Position numbers and translations under genes: made by a program | The notes under the pieces: model-generated | What the model saw: the letters and a program-made list of their open reading frames with translations, nothing else | Told to the model about the DNA's origin: nothing | The model's database searches: none | NCBI RefSeq assembly: GCF_947581915.1 | Contig: NZ_CANPWG010000054.1 | Coordinates: 83,513 to 147,512 of the forward strand | Source: Candidatus Palauibacter scopulicola | GTDB lineage: Bacteria > Gemmatimonadota > Gemmatimonadetes > Palauibacterales > Palauibacteraceae | DNA length: 64,000 bases | Direction: 5' to 3' | Shown here: piece after piece, positions 1-13,214 of the stretch | Position numbering within the stretch: the stretch's first letter is position 1 | Layout of the letters: the number at the start of each line of letters is the position of its first letter

Positions 1-1
1 G

Positions 2-672
2 ACGGACCTCGAAGGGGTGGACGTCGTCGTGCTGCCGGGCGGGTTCTCGTACGGAGACTACCTGCGGGCGGGGGCGATCGCCCGCTTCAGCCCGATCATG
101 GGCGAGGTGATCGACTTCGCGCGCGGCGGAGGGCTCACGCTCGGGATCTGCAACGGGTTCCAGGTGCTGTGCGAGGCGCACCTCCTGCCGGGCGCCCTCG
201 TCCGGAACCGGAACCTCCGCTTCCGCTGCCATGACGTCGGGCTCCGCGTGGAGAACGCCGGGACACCGTTCACGTCGGCCTATGCCGAGGGCGACCTGCT
301 CCACATCCCGATCGCGCACGGCGAGGGCCAGTTCGTCGCGGAGGCATCGACGCTCGATGAACTCGAGGCGGAGGAACGGGTCGTGTTCCGCTACGTCGAC
401 CGGCGCGGGCAGGCGACGGACGCCGCGAACCCCAACGGCTCGGCGCGCAACATCGCCGGGATCATGAACGCGGAGGGCAACATCCTGGGACTCATGCCGC
501 ACCCGGAGCGCCATTCCCTCTCCGTCCTCGGCAACACGGACGGGCTCGGCGTGTTCCAGTCGCTGCTCGCGGCCGTCGCCCGCGGGAGGGGACGCCGAAG
601 CGACCCTGCGCCGCCGGAGGCCCCGGAATTCGCGGCGGGAGCCGTGGCCGGGGCGGGCGCGGGGGTGTCGTC

Positions 673-676
<4 letters not shown>
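2..676 (+). CDS. purQ: Phosphoribosylformylglycinamidine synthase I (PurQ glutamine amidotransferase), 5' end cut by window edge
   Basis: The frame is open from nt 2. Motifs [25 protein letters not shown] and HGEG match class-I GATase PurQ. The TGA stop at 674-676 overlaps the purL ATG (ATGA). Confidence 0.85.
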
Positions 677-2975
<2,299 letters not shown>

Positions 2976-2979
<4 letters not shown>

Positions 2980-4421
2980 AGAAGCTCCCGACGAATGCCG
3001 CCCCGGGCGCGGGGCGCGGGGCGCTCGAGTTGGACAAGCCCAGGGAGGAGTGCGGCATCGTGGCGGTCAGCGGCTCGGGCGCCGCAGCCGAACTCGCGTT
3101 CCTCGCGATGTACGCGCTCCAGCACCGCGGGCAGGAGTCCGCCGGGCTCGTCACGGTCGACGAGTCTGGCATGTCGAGGGTCCACAAGGGCATGGGCCTC
3201 GTGGCGGACGTCTTTGACGACGAGGTGCTCGGCGCCCTCGAGGGGTCGCTCTCCGTCGGCCACGTCCGCTACTCGACGGCGGGGGGATCCAGCCTTCGCA
3301 ACGCGCAGCCGCTCCTCGTGCAGTACGAGGACAAGCCGCTCGCCCTCGCGCACAACGGCAACCTCACGAACGCGAACCAGCTCAAGCGCTCGCTCGCCCG
3401 CGACGGCTCGATCTTCCAGACGGATGCGGACTCGGAGGTCATCGTCCATCTCATCGCCCGCTCCCGGCACCGCGACCTGGACGGCAAGATCGACGACGCG
3501 CTCTCGCAGCTCGTCGGCGCCTTCTCCCTCCTCCTCTGCATCGGCGACACGGTGTACGCGACGCGCGATGCGCGAGGATTCCGGCCCATGGTGATGGGCA
3601 GGCTGGGCGAAGCCGTCGTCTTCGCCTCCGAAACGTGCGCCCTCGACATCATCGGGGCCGCCTACGTGCGCGACGTGGCGCCGGGCGAGGTGCTGAAGGT
3701 CCGCGACGGCCACGTGGAATCGCTCCGGCCGCTGCCCCCGGCCGAGCCCAGCGCCTGCCTGTTCGAACTCGTGTATTTCGCGCGGCCCGACTCGCGCGTG
3801 TGGGGGTGCAGCGTGGACGAGGCGCGGCGGGCGTTCGGCCGCCAGCTCGCCCACGAGCATCCGGCGGAGGCCGACTGCGTGTTCGCGGTGCCGGACTCGT
3901 CGAACTCGGCGGCGCTCGGGTACTCGGAGGTCAGCAGCCTCCCGTTCGAACTCGCGCTCATCCGCAACCACTACGTGGGCCGGACCTTCATCCATCCGAC
4001 CCAGCGGGGGCGCGATTTCAAGGTGCGGGTGAAGTACAACCCGGTGCGCGAACTCGTCGACGGCAAGCGCATCGTCGTCGTGGACGATTCGCTCGTCCGC
4101 GGCACGACGAGCAGCGGCCTCGTCCGGCTCCTCCGGGACTCCGGGGCGCGGGAGGTGCACTTCCGGGTCGCTTCGCCGCCGGTGCGTTCCCCCTGCTACT
4201 ACGGCATCGACATGCCCACGAAGGAGGAACTCATCGGCTCCAGCCACACGGTGGAGGAGATCCGGCAACACCTGCAGGTGGAATCGCTCGGCTATCTCAG
4301 CATGGAAGGCATGCGCGAGGCGGTCGCGGATCACGGTCCCTTCTGCGACGCCTGCTGGACCGGGAACTACGCCGCGCCGCTCGTGGACCTGGACCGGTCG
4401 CGGGCATTGCAGACGGTGTGA
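2976..4421 (+). CDS. purF: Amidophosphoribosyltransferase (PurF)
   Basis: Starts MKKL at 2976 in the frame of the long 768..4421 ORF. Carries the Ntn-type CGIVAV N-terminus, the PRTase motif [12 protein letters not shown], and a C-terminal Cys cluster CYYGID..CDACWTG as in Fe-S PurF. Confidence 0.9.
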
Positions 4422-5998
4422 TGCCGCGCCGCTCCGCCGCCCGTTTCAGGTCGGCCCTCCCCGTCCTTCTCTGCGTCGGCATCGCGGCCCTCCCGGCGTG
4501 CGCCCCCGAGGACCCGGCGGCCTGCGCGATGATCTTCTCCACGAACGATTCGCACGGACGGCTGCTGCCGGCGGAACAGAACTGGTCGGCCGGCCGGCCG
4601 GTCGGCGGATCCGCCGCGCTCGCCGCCTACGTCGCGCGCGAGCGCTCGACGACGCCGGAGTGTCCCCTCTTCGTCGTCTCCGGCGGCGACATCATGCAGG
4701 GCACGCCGATCTCGAACTTCACGGATGGGCGCTCGATGATCGAGGCGATGAACGGGATCGGCTACGACGCCGCCGCAATCGGGAACCACGAGTTCGACTG
4801 GGGGGTCGACGTCCTCATCGAGCGCATCGCCGATGCGGACTTCGCCATGCTCGGCGCGAACATCTACCTCAAGGGCACCGACCGGCACCCCGATTGGGTG
4901 CGGCCCTGGACGATCGTCGAGCGGGACGGGGTCCGGGTCGGCTTCATCGGCGCGACGACGCGGTCGACGCCGGTCGTCGCCCGGCCTTCGCTCGTCGCGG
5001 ACTTCGACTTCCGGTCGATCTCCGACGCGCTCGACCGCTACATCCCGGAGGTGCGGGCAGCCGGCGTGGACTTCGTGGTCGCGGTCATGCACGAAGGCGC
5101 CTTCTGCGAGGTCGGTCTGCCGGATGCGGCGGACGCGTGCCGGGGTCCGGCCCTGGAGGCGCTGGCCGCGACGACGGAGAGCTTCGACTACGCGGTCACG
5201 GGGCATACGCACTCGCGCCTGGAGACCGAGATTCGGGATGTCCCCGTCATCCAGTCGTACTCGAACACGATGGCGTACGGACTCGGCCGCATCGACCGGA
5301 GCGCGGCCGGGGCCGTGAGCGCCGAGCGCCTCGGCGTGCGACAGGCGTGGGCGGACGAGGTCGCGCCGGACCCGGACGTGGAGCGGCTCGTCGCCTCCTA
5401 CAGCGCCGAGATCGCGGGCATCGTCGACCGCGTGATCGTGGACCTCCCGGAGGCGCTTTCCGCCCCGCGGGACGGGGACTTCCCGCTCGGCCGCATCGTG
5501 GCCGACGCGCAGCGGCACGCGAGCGGGGCCGATGTCGCCCTCATGAACAACGGCGGCATCCGGCGGTCGCTGCCGGCGGGGCCGATCACCTTCGCCGACC
5601 TGTTCGAACTGCAGCCCTTCAACAACATGCTTGTCCGCCACACGATGACCGGCGCGCAACTGTTGCGGACGCTCGAGCACTCGGCCCGGGGCGGCGACGT
5701 GGATCTGCACGCGAGCGGCATCGTCGTCCGCTACAATCCGGGGGCGCCGCGGGGCGAGCGGATTCTCAACGTGACGTTCGACGATGGCTCGACGCTCCGG
5801 CCGGAGGGCCGCTACGTCGTCGCCGCCAACGACTTCATCGCGGGCGGCGGCGGCGGCTACACTACCTTCGCCGAAGCCGAGGTCATCGACCTCATGGAAA
5901 TCGCGGACCTGGAGGCGCTCGTCGCCTACCTCGAGGCACAGCCGCAACCCCTCCCCATCCCCCGCGCCCCCCGCTGGATCGAATCTCCCACGCCCTAG
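4421..5998 (+). CDS. 5'-nucleotidase/metallophosphoesterase family lipoprotein (UshA-like)
   Basis: The ATG overlaps the purF stop (TGATG). Signal peptide with lipobox-like LPACAP. Calcineurin-like motifs GNHEFD and TGHTH, plus a C-terminal 5'-nucleotidase substrate-binding region. Confidence 0.75.
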   Translation: MPRRSAARFRSALPVLLCVGIAALPACAPEDPAACAMIFSTNDSHGRLLPAEQNWSAGRPVGGSAALAAYVARERSTTPECPLFVVSGGDIMQGTPISNFTDGRSMIEAMNGIGYDAAAIGNHEFDWGVDVLIERIADADFAMLGANIYLKGTDRHPDWVRPWTIVERDGVRVGFIGATTRSTPVVARPSLVADFDFRSISDALDRYIPEVRAAGVDFVVAVMHEGAFCEVGLPDAADACRGPALEALAATTESFDYAVTGHTHSRLETEIRDVPVIQSYSNTMAYGLGRIDRSAAGAVSAERLGVRQAWADEVAPDPDVERLVASYSAEIAGIVDRVIVDLPEALSAPRDGDFPLGRIVADAQRHASGADVALMNNGGIRRSLPAGPITFADLFELQPFNNMLVRHTMTGAQLLRTLEHSARGGDVDLHASGIVVRYNPGAPRGERILNVTFDDGSTLRPEGRYVVAANDFIAGGGGGYTTFAEAEVIDLMEIADLEALVAYLEAQPQPLPIPRAPRWIESPTP

Positions 5999-6158
5999 CC
6001 CACGCCCCGGGCCAGTAGCGATTCGCCGATCCCGTCCGCCGGGGCGGCGCCGGACGAAACCAACCCTCGACTCCCCCGTAGGCTCTCAGGTGAAGGGGCC
6101 GGTGATGGCAAGCGGGCGCGCGCACGCGGATTCAACCTGACGGGGAGCGACGGTTCGT

Positions 6159-7253
6159 ATGAAGCGAGGCACGAAGGTACTGGTCTCCACGGTCCTGATC
6201 GGCGGGTTGGGAGCGACGGCGTTCGCGGTGTCGAGCGCCGGGGACAGCGACGATGGCGAGACCGGCACGGTCGCCGTGGAGCGGGGCGAGATCGTGGACC
6301 GGGCGCTCGCCGTGGGACGCATCGAGCCGCTGGTCGAAGTGAGCGTGAAATCGCAGCTCGCGGGGGTCGTGCGGCAGATGTTCAAGGAGCCGGGCGAGTA
6401 CGTCCAGCGAGGCCAGCCCCTCCTCGAAGTCCAGCCCAACCCCACTCCGATCGAGCTCGTCGAGGCGCGGCGCAACGTGGAGCTGCGGGACATCGAACTC
6501 CAGCAGCTCGAGCGCCAGCGCGACCGGCTCGACGCGCTGCGCGACCGCGGATTCGTGTCCGAGGAGGAATACGAGACCGTGGCCCGCCAGCACGACGAAG
6601 CTTCGCTCCAGGTCCAGATCGCGACCGAACGGCTCGCCCTCCTCTCCGAGGGCCGCGTGACGATCGGCGACGAAGCCGTCGAGACGGTCATCACCTCCCC
6701 GATCCAGGGCTTCATCCTCGAGAAGATGGTGGAGATCGGCGATCCCGTCGTCCCGCTGACGACGTTCCAGGAAGGGACCGCCCTCATGACGATGGCGGAG
6801 ATGGACGAACTGCTCTTCCGCGGCACGGTGGATGAGATCGACGTGGGACGGCTGACCGAGGGCATGCCGGTGGAGATCACGATCGGCGCGCTCCCGGACG
6901 CGCGCATCGAGGGCCGGCTGACGAAGATCTCGCTCAAGGGCCGCGACGAGGAGAACGCCACCCTCTTCCCGGTCGAGATCGCGGTGCTTCCGCTGGACGG
7001 CGCGGCGCTGCGGGCGGGCTATTCCGCCAACGCGCACGTGATCATCGAGCGCCGTGCGGACGTGCTCGTCATCCCCGAGCGCCTGGTCCGGTTCGAGGAC
7101 GAGCGCACGCTGGTCACGGTCCGGCTGGGGCCCGAGGAGACGGAGGAACGGGAGATCCGCACCGGACTGAGCGACGGAATCAGCGTCGAGGTGCTGGACG
7201 GGCTGGCGGAGGGCGAGCGCGTGCTCGAGCCCCCGCGGCGCGAGATCACCTAG
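6159..7253 (+). CDS. Efflux-transporter periplasmic adaptor (HlyD/MacA-like membrane fusion protein)
   Basis: N-terminal membrane anchor, coiled-coil region (ELRDIELQQLERQRDRLDAL), and lipoyl/beta-barrel segments typical of membrane fusion proteins. Immediately precedes two FtsX permeases. Confidence 0.75.
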   Translation: MKRGTKVLVSTVLIGGLGATAFAVSSAGDSDDGETGTVAVERGEIVDRALAVGRIEPLVEVSVKSQLAGVVRQMFKEPGEYVQRGQPLLEVQPNPTPIELVEARRNVELRDIELQQLERQRDRLDALRDRGFVSEEEYETVARQHDEASLQVQIATERLALLSEGRVTIGDEAVETVITSPIQGFILEKMVEIGDPVVPLTTFQEGTALMTMAEMDELLFRGTVDEIDVGRLTEGMPVEITIGALPDARIEGRLTKISLKGRDEENATLFPVEIAVLPLDGAALRAGYSANAHVIIERRADVLVIPERLVRFEDERTLVTVRLGPEETEEREIRTGLSDGISVEVLDGLAEGERVLEPPRREIT

Positions 7254-7298
7254 TGCGCGACACCAGCCGCCGGTGACGGTGCGCGAGGCCGGGGTCCG

Positions 7299-8531
7299 GT
7301 GAGGCTGCTCGACGCCGCACGGCAGCTCTGGGCCGACCTCTCGGCGCAGCGCGTCCGGACCACGCTCACCGTGCTCGGCATCACCTGGGGCACCGTGGCG
7401 GTCGTCGTGCTGCTCGCCTTCTCCGTCGGGCTCGAGCGGCAGACGATCAAGCGGTTCCACGGGCTCGGCGACCGGATCGTCATCCTCTTCGGCGGACGCA
7501 CGACGATGCCGCACGCGGGGTTCAGGGAGGGGCGCTCGATCCGGCTGCGGGAGGCGGACGCGGAGATCCTCGCCCGGCGCATCCCCGACATCACGATGAT
7601 CAGCCCGGAGTACTCGACGCGGGCGGCGCCGGTCCGTTACGGCCGCAACGGGGTGAACCCGAACATCACCGGGATCTACCCCATCTACGGCGAGATGCGG
7701 AACATCATTCCCCTCCCCGGCGGCCGCTTCATCAACGAGCGGGACCAGCGGGAGCGGCGACGCGTCGTGTTTCTCGGAGACGAGGTCGCCCGCGTCCTGT
7801 TCGGGGACGCCGACCCCGTCGGCGACCAGGTCCGGATCGGCGACTCGCCCTTCACCGTCATCGGCGTGCTCCAGCCCAAGGTCCAGAACTCATCCTACAA
7901 CTCGCGGGACGAGGACCGCGTGTTCATCCCGGCCGGCACGCACGCCGCGCTGTTCGGCTCGCGCTTCGTCTCCAACCTCGTGTACCGGACCGCGGACGCG
8001 TCGCGGACGGAGGACGTGGAGGCGCGGGTGTACGAGGTTCTCGGCGCGAAGTACCGCTTCAACCCCGCCGACGACGACGCGCTGGCCGTCTGGGACACGG
8101 CCGAGTGGGAGCGGATGTTCGGGTTCCTCTTCCTCGGGTTCAAGATCTTCTTCGCGATCGTCGGCAGCTTCACGCTCAGCGTGGGCGGGATCGGGGTCGC
8201 GAACATCATGTACATCGTGGTGCGCGAGCGGACGAACGAGATCGGGATCAAGCGCTCGCTCGGCGCCACCCGGCGATCCATCCTGTGGCAGTTCCTCACC
8301 GAGAGCATGCTCATCGTGGTTGCCGGCGCGGCGCTCGGCGTCGTCGTCTCGCTCGGCGTCGTGAAGCTCATGTCGCTCGTCCCGATGCAGGAGTTCGTCG
8401 GGACACCGACCATCTCGCTGCAGGTGGCGGCGGTGACTCTGGCGCTCCTCGCCTTCATCGCGATGCTGGCCGGGTTCTTCCCCGCCCGCCGCGCCGCGGC
8501 GCTCGACCCCGTCGAGTGTCTGCGCGACTGA
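7299..8531 (+). CDS. ABC transporter permease, FtsX/MacB-like (no ATPase domain)
   Basis: GTG start. N-terminal TM helix, large periplasmic domain, and C-terminal FtsX 4-TM bundle ending LDPVECLRD. No N-terminal Walker motifs. Confidence 0.8.
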   Translation: MRLLDAARQLWADLSAQRVRTTLTVLGITWGTVAVVVLLAFSVGLERQTIKRFHGLGDRIVILFGGRTTMPHAGFREGRSIRLREADAEILARRIPDITMISPEYSTRAAPVRYGRNGVNPNITGIYPIYGEMRNIIPLPGGRFINERDQRERRRVVFLGDEVARVLFGDADPVGDQVRIGDSPFTVIGVLQPKVQNSSYNSRDEDRVFIPAGTHAALFGSRFVSNLVYRTADASRTEDVEARVYEVLGAKYRFNPADDDALAVWDTAEWERMFGFLFLGFKIFFAIVGSFTLSVGGIGVANIMYIVVRERTNEIGIKRSLGATRRSILWQFLTESMLIVVAGAALGVVVSLGVVKLMSLVPMQEFVGTPTISLQVAAVTLALLAFIAMLAGFFPARRAAALDPVECLRD

Positions 8532-8534
8532 CCC

Positions 8535-9779
8535 ATGTGGAAGATCCTCCTCGAGGAGTTCCTCGGCGACCTGCGGGCCCAGAAGACGCGCGCCTTTCTC
8601 ACGATCTTCGCCGTGGTGTGGGGGACGATCTCGATCGTCCTCCTGCTCGCCTTCGGCGAGGGGCTTCGAAACCAGTTCTCCGTGGGCCTGCTCAACGCCG
8701 GCGAACGCATCTTCATGGTCTACGGCGGCCAGACGAGCATGGAGCACGAGGGGCTGTCGAAGGGACGGCGGATCCGGCTGCGGGAGGAGGATCTCGACCT
8801 GCTGCTGCGCGCGGTGCCGGAGTTCGAGATGGGCAGTCCCTCCTACGGCCGGGGCCGGACGCACCTGAAGGTGGAGGAGAGCCAGACGACGACCTACATG
8901 GAGGGCGTGAACCCGGTCTTCTCCGAGTTGCGGCGCATGTTCCCGGCTCCGGGCGGCCGGTTCATCAACCAGCGCGACATCGACGAGAAGCGGCGCGTGC
9001 TCTTCCTCGGAGACGGCATCGCCGGACGCCTGTTCGGCGACGCGCCGCCCGTGGGCCGCACGGTGATGCTGGACGGCCTTCCGTTCCGCGTCATCGGTGT
9101 GATGGAGTCGAAGTTCCAGGACTCGAGCAACAACGGGCCGGACGAGGATCGGGCGGTGATCCCGGCCTCCACCTTCCGGAGCATCTACGGCCAGGACTTC
9201 GTGAACCACCTGCTCCTGCGGCCTCGCGACGTGCGGGACGCGGCGGTCGCGAAGGAGGAGCTGTACCGGGTGCTGGGCGGCCGCTACCGGTTCGACCGGG
9301 CGGACGAGCGGGCGCTCGCGATCTGGGACTTCATCGAGGACGAGAAGATCGTGAGCCAGATCGGGCTCGGGATTCAGATATTTCTCGGCCTGGTGGGCGC
9401 CTTCACGCTGATCGTGGCCGGCGTCGGCGTCGCGAACATCATGTACGTCGTGGTGCGCGAACGGACGCGGGAGATCGGCGTCAAGCTCGCCGTGGGCGCG
9501 CGGAAGCGGCACATCGTGAGCCAGTTCCTCTTCGAAGCGATCCTCATCGCCGTCGGCGGGGGCCTCGCGGGGCTCGCCATCGCATCGCTCCTCGTGACGG
9601 GCATCGATGCCCTGCCGATCGACGATCCGGCCCTGCAGTACATCGTGAACCCGAAGCTCTCCGTGCCCATCGCCGCGGTGTGCGCGGGGATCCTCATGGC
9701 GATCGGTCTGGTGGCCGGCATCCTCCCGGCCCGCAAGGCCGCCCGGCTCGATCCGGTGGAATCGCTGAGGTACGAATAA
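8535..9779 (+). CDS. ABC transporter permease, FtsX/MacB-like (paralogue of the previous gene)
   Basis: Same architecture as 7299..8531, with a similar ending (LDPVESLRYE) and about 35-40% identity by eye. Confidence 0.8.
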   Translation: MWKILLEEFLGDLRAQKTRAFLTIFAVVWGTISIVLLLAFGEGLRNQFSVGLLNAGERIFMVYGGQTSMEHEGLSKGRRIRLREEDLDLLLRAVPEFEMGSPSYGRGRTHLKVEESQTTTYMEGVNPVFSELRRMFPAPGGRFINQRDIDEKRRVLFLGDGIAGRLFGDAPPVGRTVMLDGLPFRVIGVMESKFQDSSNNGPDEDRAVIPASTFRSIYGQDFVNHLLLRPRDVRDAAVAKEELYRVLGGRYRFDRADERALAIWDFIEDEKIVSQIGLGIQIFLGLVGAFTLIVAGVGVANIMYVVVRERTREIGVKLAVGARKRHIVSQFLFEAILIAVGGGLAGLAIASLLVTGIDALPIDDPALQYIVNPKLSVPIAAVCAGILMAIGLVAGILPARKAARLDPVESLRYE

Positions 9780-9921
9780 TCGGGGCCGTTCGGCGCTCTT
9801 CACCCGTTACGCAAACCGTCGGCCGTCGTTACATTCCAAAGCGATGTTGTGCGCTGCTTTTTGTTGCCTGATCCGGGCGCATGGCGCCCCGGATTCGCCC
9901 TCTTCCAAGCAGGAGTACGCC

Positions 9922-12900
9922 ATGAGATACAGCCTCTCCCTACGAACCGCGGCGATCGCCGCCTTTGCGGCGCTCGGCGGCCTCATCGCGCCGTCCGACG
10001 CGCTCGCTCAGGGCGTCACCACCGCCGCCATCAACGGGCGCGTGACCGGGCAGGATCTCGCGCCGCTCGCGAGCGCCGTGGTCAGCGCCGTGCACGGCCC
10101 CAGCGGGACGTCGTACTCGACGCTCACGCGCGCGGACGGGCGCTTCAACATCCCGGGCATGCGGGTCGGCGGACCCTACACGATCACCGTGTCGCTCATC
10201 GGCTTCGGGGACGAGTCGGCCGAGGCCCTCGTGCTCGCGCTGGGGGAAAACCGTCGAGTCGACTTCGTGCTCGGCGTCGAGGCCGTGGCCGTGGGCGAGA
10301 TCACCGTCACGGCGGAACGCGGGGCGATCCTCTCGAGCGGGCGCACGGGGCCGCAGCAAACCGTGACGACGCGCGAGATCGAGAACCTCCCGACGATCGC
10401 CCGCAGCATCCAGGACTTCGCACGGCTCACGCCGCAGGCGCTGGGGACGAACATCGGGAGCAGCGAGAACATCGGCGGCATCAGCATCGGCGGGAAGAAC
10501 AACCGCTTCAACAACATCTCCGTGGACGGCGCGATCCTGAACGACGTGTTCGGGCTCCCGGCGAGCGGGACGCCCGGCGGCCAGGCCAACTCGCAGCCGA
10601 TCTCGCTCGACGCGGTGCAGGAGTTCCAGGTCGCGATCGCGCCTTTCGATGTCCGCCAGGGCGGCTTCACCGGCGGCTCGATCAACGTCGTGACCCGCTC
10701 CGGGACCAACGACTTCGACGCCTCCGGCTACGCCTTCGGACGGAACCAGGGCTTCACGGGCAACCTCGACGACAACCCGCTCTCCGACTTCAGCGAGCTG
10801 CAGGCGGGCTTCCGGGCGGGCGGCGCGATCCAGCGCGACAAGATCCACTTCTTCACCAGCGGCGAGATCAAGCAGACGAGCCGCCCGCTGGCGCTGGGGC
10901 TGGTCGGCAGCAGCCAGACGAACACCATCGATTTCGTCGACGCGGGGACGATCAACGAGATCGTCGACATCGCGAACTCCGTATACAACTACGACCCGGG
11001 TCGCTTCGAGGAGAGCCTCCAGCGGGAGACGGACGACTTGAAGTTCTTCGCCCGCCTGGACTTCAACCTGTCCGACAGCAACCACCTCATCGTGCGGCAC
11101 AACCATGTGAACGCGAATTCGCAGCGCGGGATCAGCCGGCACTCCGGTGAGGTCGGACTGCCCGGCCAGGGGTACACGTTCGACGCCGTGTCCAATTCCA
11201 CCGTGATACAGCTCGACAGCCGGCTCGGGGCCGCTTCCGCCAACATGTTCCGCGTCTCGTACCAGCGTCAGCGGGACAAGCGGACGCCGGACCTCGCGAT
11301 CTTCCCCGAGGTCGACATCGAACCGTTCGACGGCGAGAGCGAGAGCGTGACGCTGGGGATCGAGCGCTTCTCACAGCAGAACGCGCTCGACCAGGACGTG
11401 TTCGAGATCACCAACGACCTCACGCTCTTCCGGGGCGACCACACGCTCACGCTCGGGACGCACAACGAGTTCTATTCGTTCTCGAACCTCTTCATCCAGG
11501 ACGCCTTCGGGCAGTGGGAGTTCGACGGCGAGAACGCGCTCGACAATTTCCGCAACGGGATGGCGACGCGATACCGGGCGTCGATCTCGCGGCTCGCGGA
11601 TCCGTACCCGAGGGCGGAGTGGGCCGCGATGCAGTTCGGCTTCTACGCCCAGGACCAGATCGACCTCAGTGATCGTTTCAACGTCTCGCTCGGGCTCCGC
11701 GCGGACATCATGGCGATGCCCGATCCGCCGCTCGAGAACCCGAGCTTCGCGGCCGCCTTCCCGGGCCGGCACACGAGCGACGTGCCGAGCGGCAACGTGA
11801 TGTGGTCGCCGCGGCTCGGATTCAACGCCGCGCTGGACGAAGACCGGCGGACGCAGATCCGCGGCGGCACCGGGATCTTCACGGGCCGTAACCCGTTCGT
11901 GTGGATCTCGAATCAGTATTCGAACACCGGGATGGACTTCATCCGCATCGACTGCGCCCCGTGGCGGGGCTGCACGCCGCCGCCGTTCACGGGCGACCCC
12001 ACCCCGGTGCCGGTGCCCGGCGCGGAGATCGCGACGACGGAGGTCAATCTCACCGACACGAACTTCAAGTTCCCGCAGGCGTGGCGGACGACGATCGGGA
12101 TCGACCGCGAACTGCGCGATGGCCTCGTCTTCACTGTCGAGGGGATCTACACGAAGAACGTCAACGACATCCTCTACCAGGATCTCAGCATCCAGCCGGA
12201 AGGGAGGACGAGCGACGGTCGCGTGCTCTTCTCCAACGACCCGGTGGACCGGGAGTTCTCGCCCGGGGTCTTCCTGCTCGCCAACACGGACCAGGGCCGC
12301 CAGATTCAGTTCACGACGCAGTTGCAGAAGCGCTTCGGCGGCGACTTCCTGCCGAACATGTTCGGAAGTCTCGCCTACACGTGGACGGACGCCACGGACG
12401 TGAACAGCGGGCAGTCCAGCCGCGCGATCTCGAACTTCCAGTACAACGAGATCGGCGTCGACCCCAACAACCCCGGCGAGGGGACGGCGGACTTCGAGAT
12501 CAAGCACCGGATCATCGCCTCCCTTTCGCAGCGCATCGCGTGGAGCGAAGACGTCGGGACGACGATCACTGCGTTCTACGAGGCACGCGCGGGGCGTCCG
12601 TTCAGCTGGACCTACTTCGGGGACGCGAACAACGACGGGCGGCGCTTCAACGACCTCGCGTTCGTTCCGGGCGATGCCGACGACGCGATCTTCGAGACGA
12701 ACTGCGGCGGCTGCATGGACTTCGCCGCCTGGGACGCGTTCGTGAGCGACATTCCGGGGCTGGACGAGTACCGCGGCGGGATCGTGGGCCGGAACTCCTC
12801 GCGCGAGCCCTGGGTGCGCAGCCTCGACCTGCGGATCGCGCAGGATGTACCGCTTCCGGGGCCGGGCAGCCGGAACATCCAGGTCACGCTCGACTTCATC

Positions 12901-13131
12901 AACGTCGGGAACTTCCTCAACTCCGAGTGGGGCCGGCAGCGCTACACGAACTTCGGCACCTCGACCATCCTGTCGTTCCGGCGCTACGACGCGGAGACGG
13001 GCGTGCCGGTGGTGCGCTTCACGCAGCGCGACACCGACGAGAGCGGTGCGCTCGGCATCGATGATGTGTACCAGATCGACAACATCCTGTCGCGCTGGGC
13101 GCTTCAGCTCGGGGCGCGGATCTCGTTCTGA
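9922..13131 (+). CDS. TonB-dependent receptor with N-terminal carboxypeptidase-regulatory-like domain
   Basis: ATG at 9922 preceded by AGGAG. Signal peptide ending ALAQG, CarboxypepD_reg-like beta-sandwich (INGRVTG..GRFNIPGMRVGGPYTITVS), then plug and a roughly 900-aa barrel ending in an aromatic residue (RISF). Confidence 0.8.
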   Translation: MRYSLSLRTAAIAAFAALGGLIAPSDALAQGVTTAAINGRVTGQDLAPLASAVVSAVHGPSGTSYSTLTRADGRFNIPGMRVGGPYTITVSLIGFGDESAEALVLALGENRRVDFVLGVEAVAVGEITVTAERGAILSSGRTGPQQTVTTREIENLPTIARSIQDFARLTPQALGTNIGSSENIGGISIGGKNNRFNNISVDGAILNDVFGLPASGTPGGQANSQPISLDAVQEFQVAIAPFDVRQGGFTGGSINVVTRSGTNDFDASGYAFGRNQGFTGNLDDNPLSDFSELQAGFRAGGAIQRDKIHFFTSGEIKQTSRPLALGLVGSSQTNTIDFVDAGTINEIVDIANSVYNYDPGRFEESLQRETDDLKFFARLDFNLSDSNHLIVRHNHVNANSQRGISRHSGEVGLPGQGYTFDAVSNSTVIQLDSRLGAASANMFRVSYQRQRDKRTPDLAIFPEVDIEPFDGESESVTLGIERFSQQNALDQDVFEITNDLTLFRGDHTLTLGTHNEFYSFSNLFIQDAFGQWEFDGENALDNFRNGMATRYRASISRLADPYPRAEWAAMQFGFYAQDQIDLSDRFNVSLGLRADIMAMPDPPLENPSFAAAFPGRHTSDVPSGNVMWSPRLGFNAALDEDRRTQIRGGTGIFTGRNPFVWISNQYSNTGMDFIRIDCAPWRGCTPPPFTGDPTPVPVPGAEIATTEVNLTDTNFKFPQAWRTTIGIDRELRDGLVFTVEGIYTKNVNDILYQDLSIQPEGRTSDGRVLFSNDPVDREFSPGVFLLANTDQGRQIQFTTQLQKRFGGDFLPNMFGSLAYTWTDATDVNSGQSSRAISNFQYNEIGVDPNNPGEGTADFEIKHRIIASLSQRIAWSEDVGTTITAFYEARAGRPFSWTYFGDANNDGRRFNDLAFVPGDADDAIFETNCGGCMDFAAWDAFVSDIPGLDEYRGGIVGRNSSREPWVRSLDLRIAQDVPLPGPGSRNIQVTLDFINVGNFLNSEWGRQRYTNFGTSTILSFRRYDAETGVPVVRFTQRDTDESGALGIDDVYQIDNILSRWALQLGARISF

Positions 13132-13182
13132 TGCGGTAGGTCGCAGAACGGGAGCGGCGACGCTCCCGCAGCGGGCACGAGA

Positions 13183-13207
13183 GAGGGGGCCTTCGGGCCC
13201 CCTTTCG
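13183..13207. terminator. Bidirectional intrinsic terminator between convergent TonB receptor and fbp
   Basis: GGGGGCC-TTCG-GGCCCCC hairpin followed by TTTCGCG, placed between stop codons at 13131 (+) and 13215 (-). Confidence 0.55.
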
Positions 13208-13214
13208 CGTCTCG

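Noticed and set aside
9779-9921. Near-palindrome CCGGGCGC-ATG-GCGCCCCGG upstream of the TonB receptor start
   Set aside because: It is short and imperfect. It could be a regulatory hairpin, but there is no supporting feature such as a Fur-box-like AT content, so I left it as a note only.
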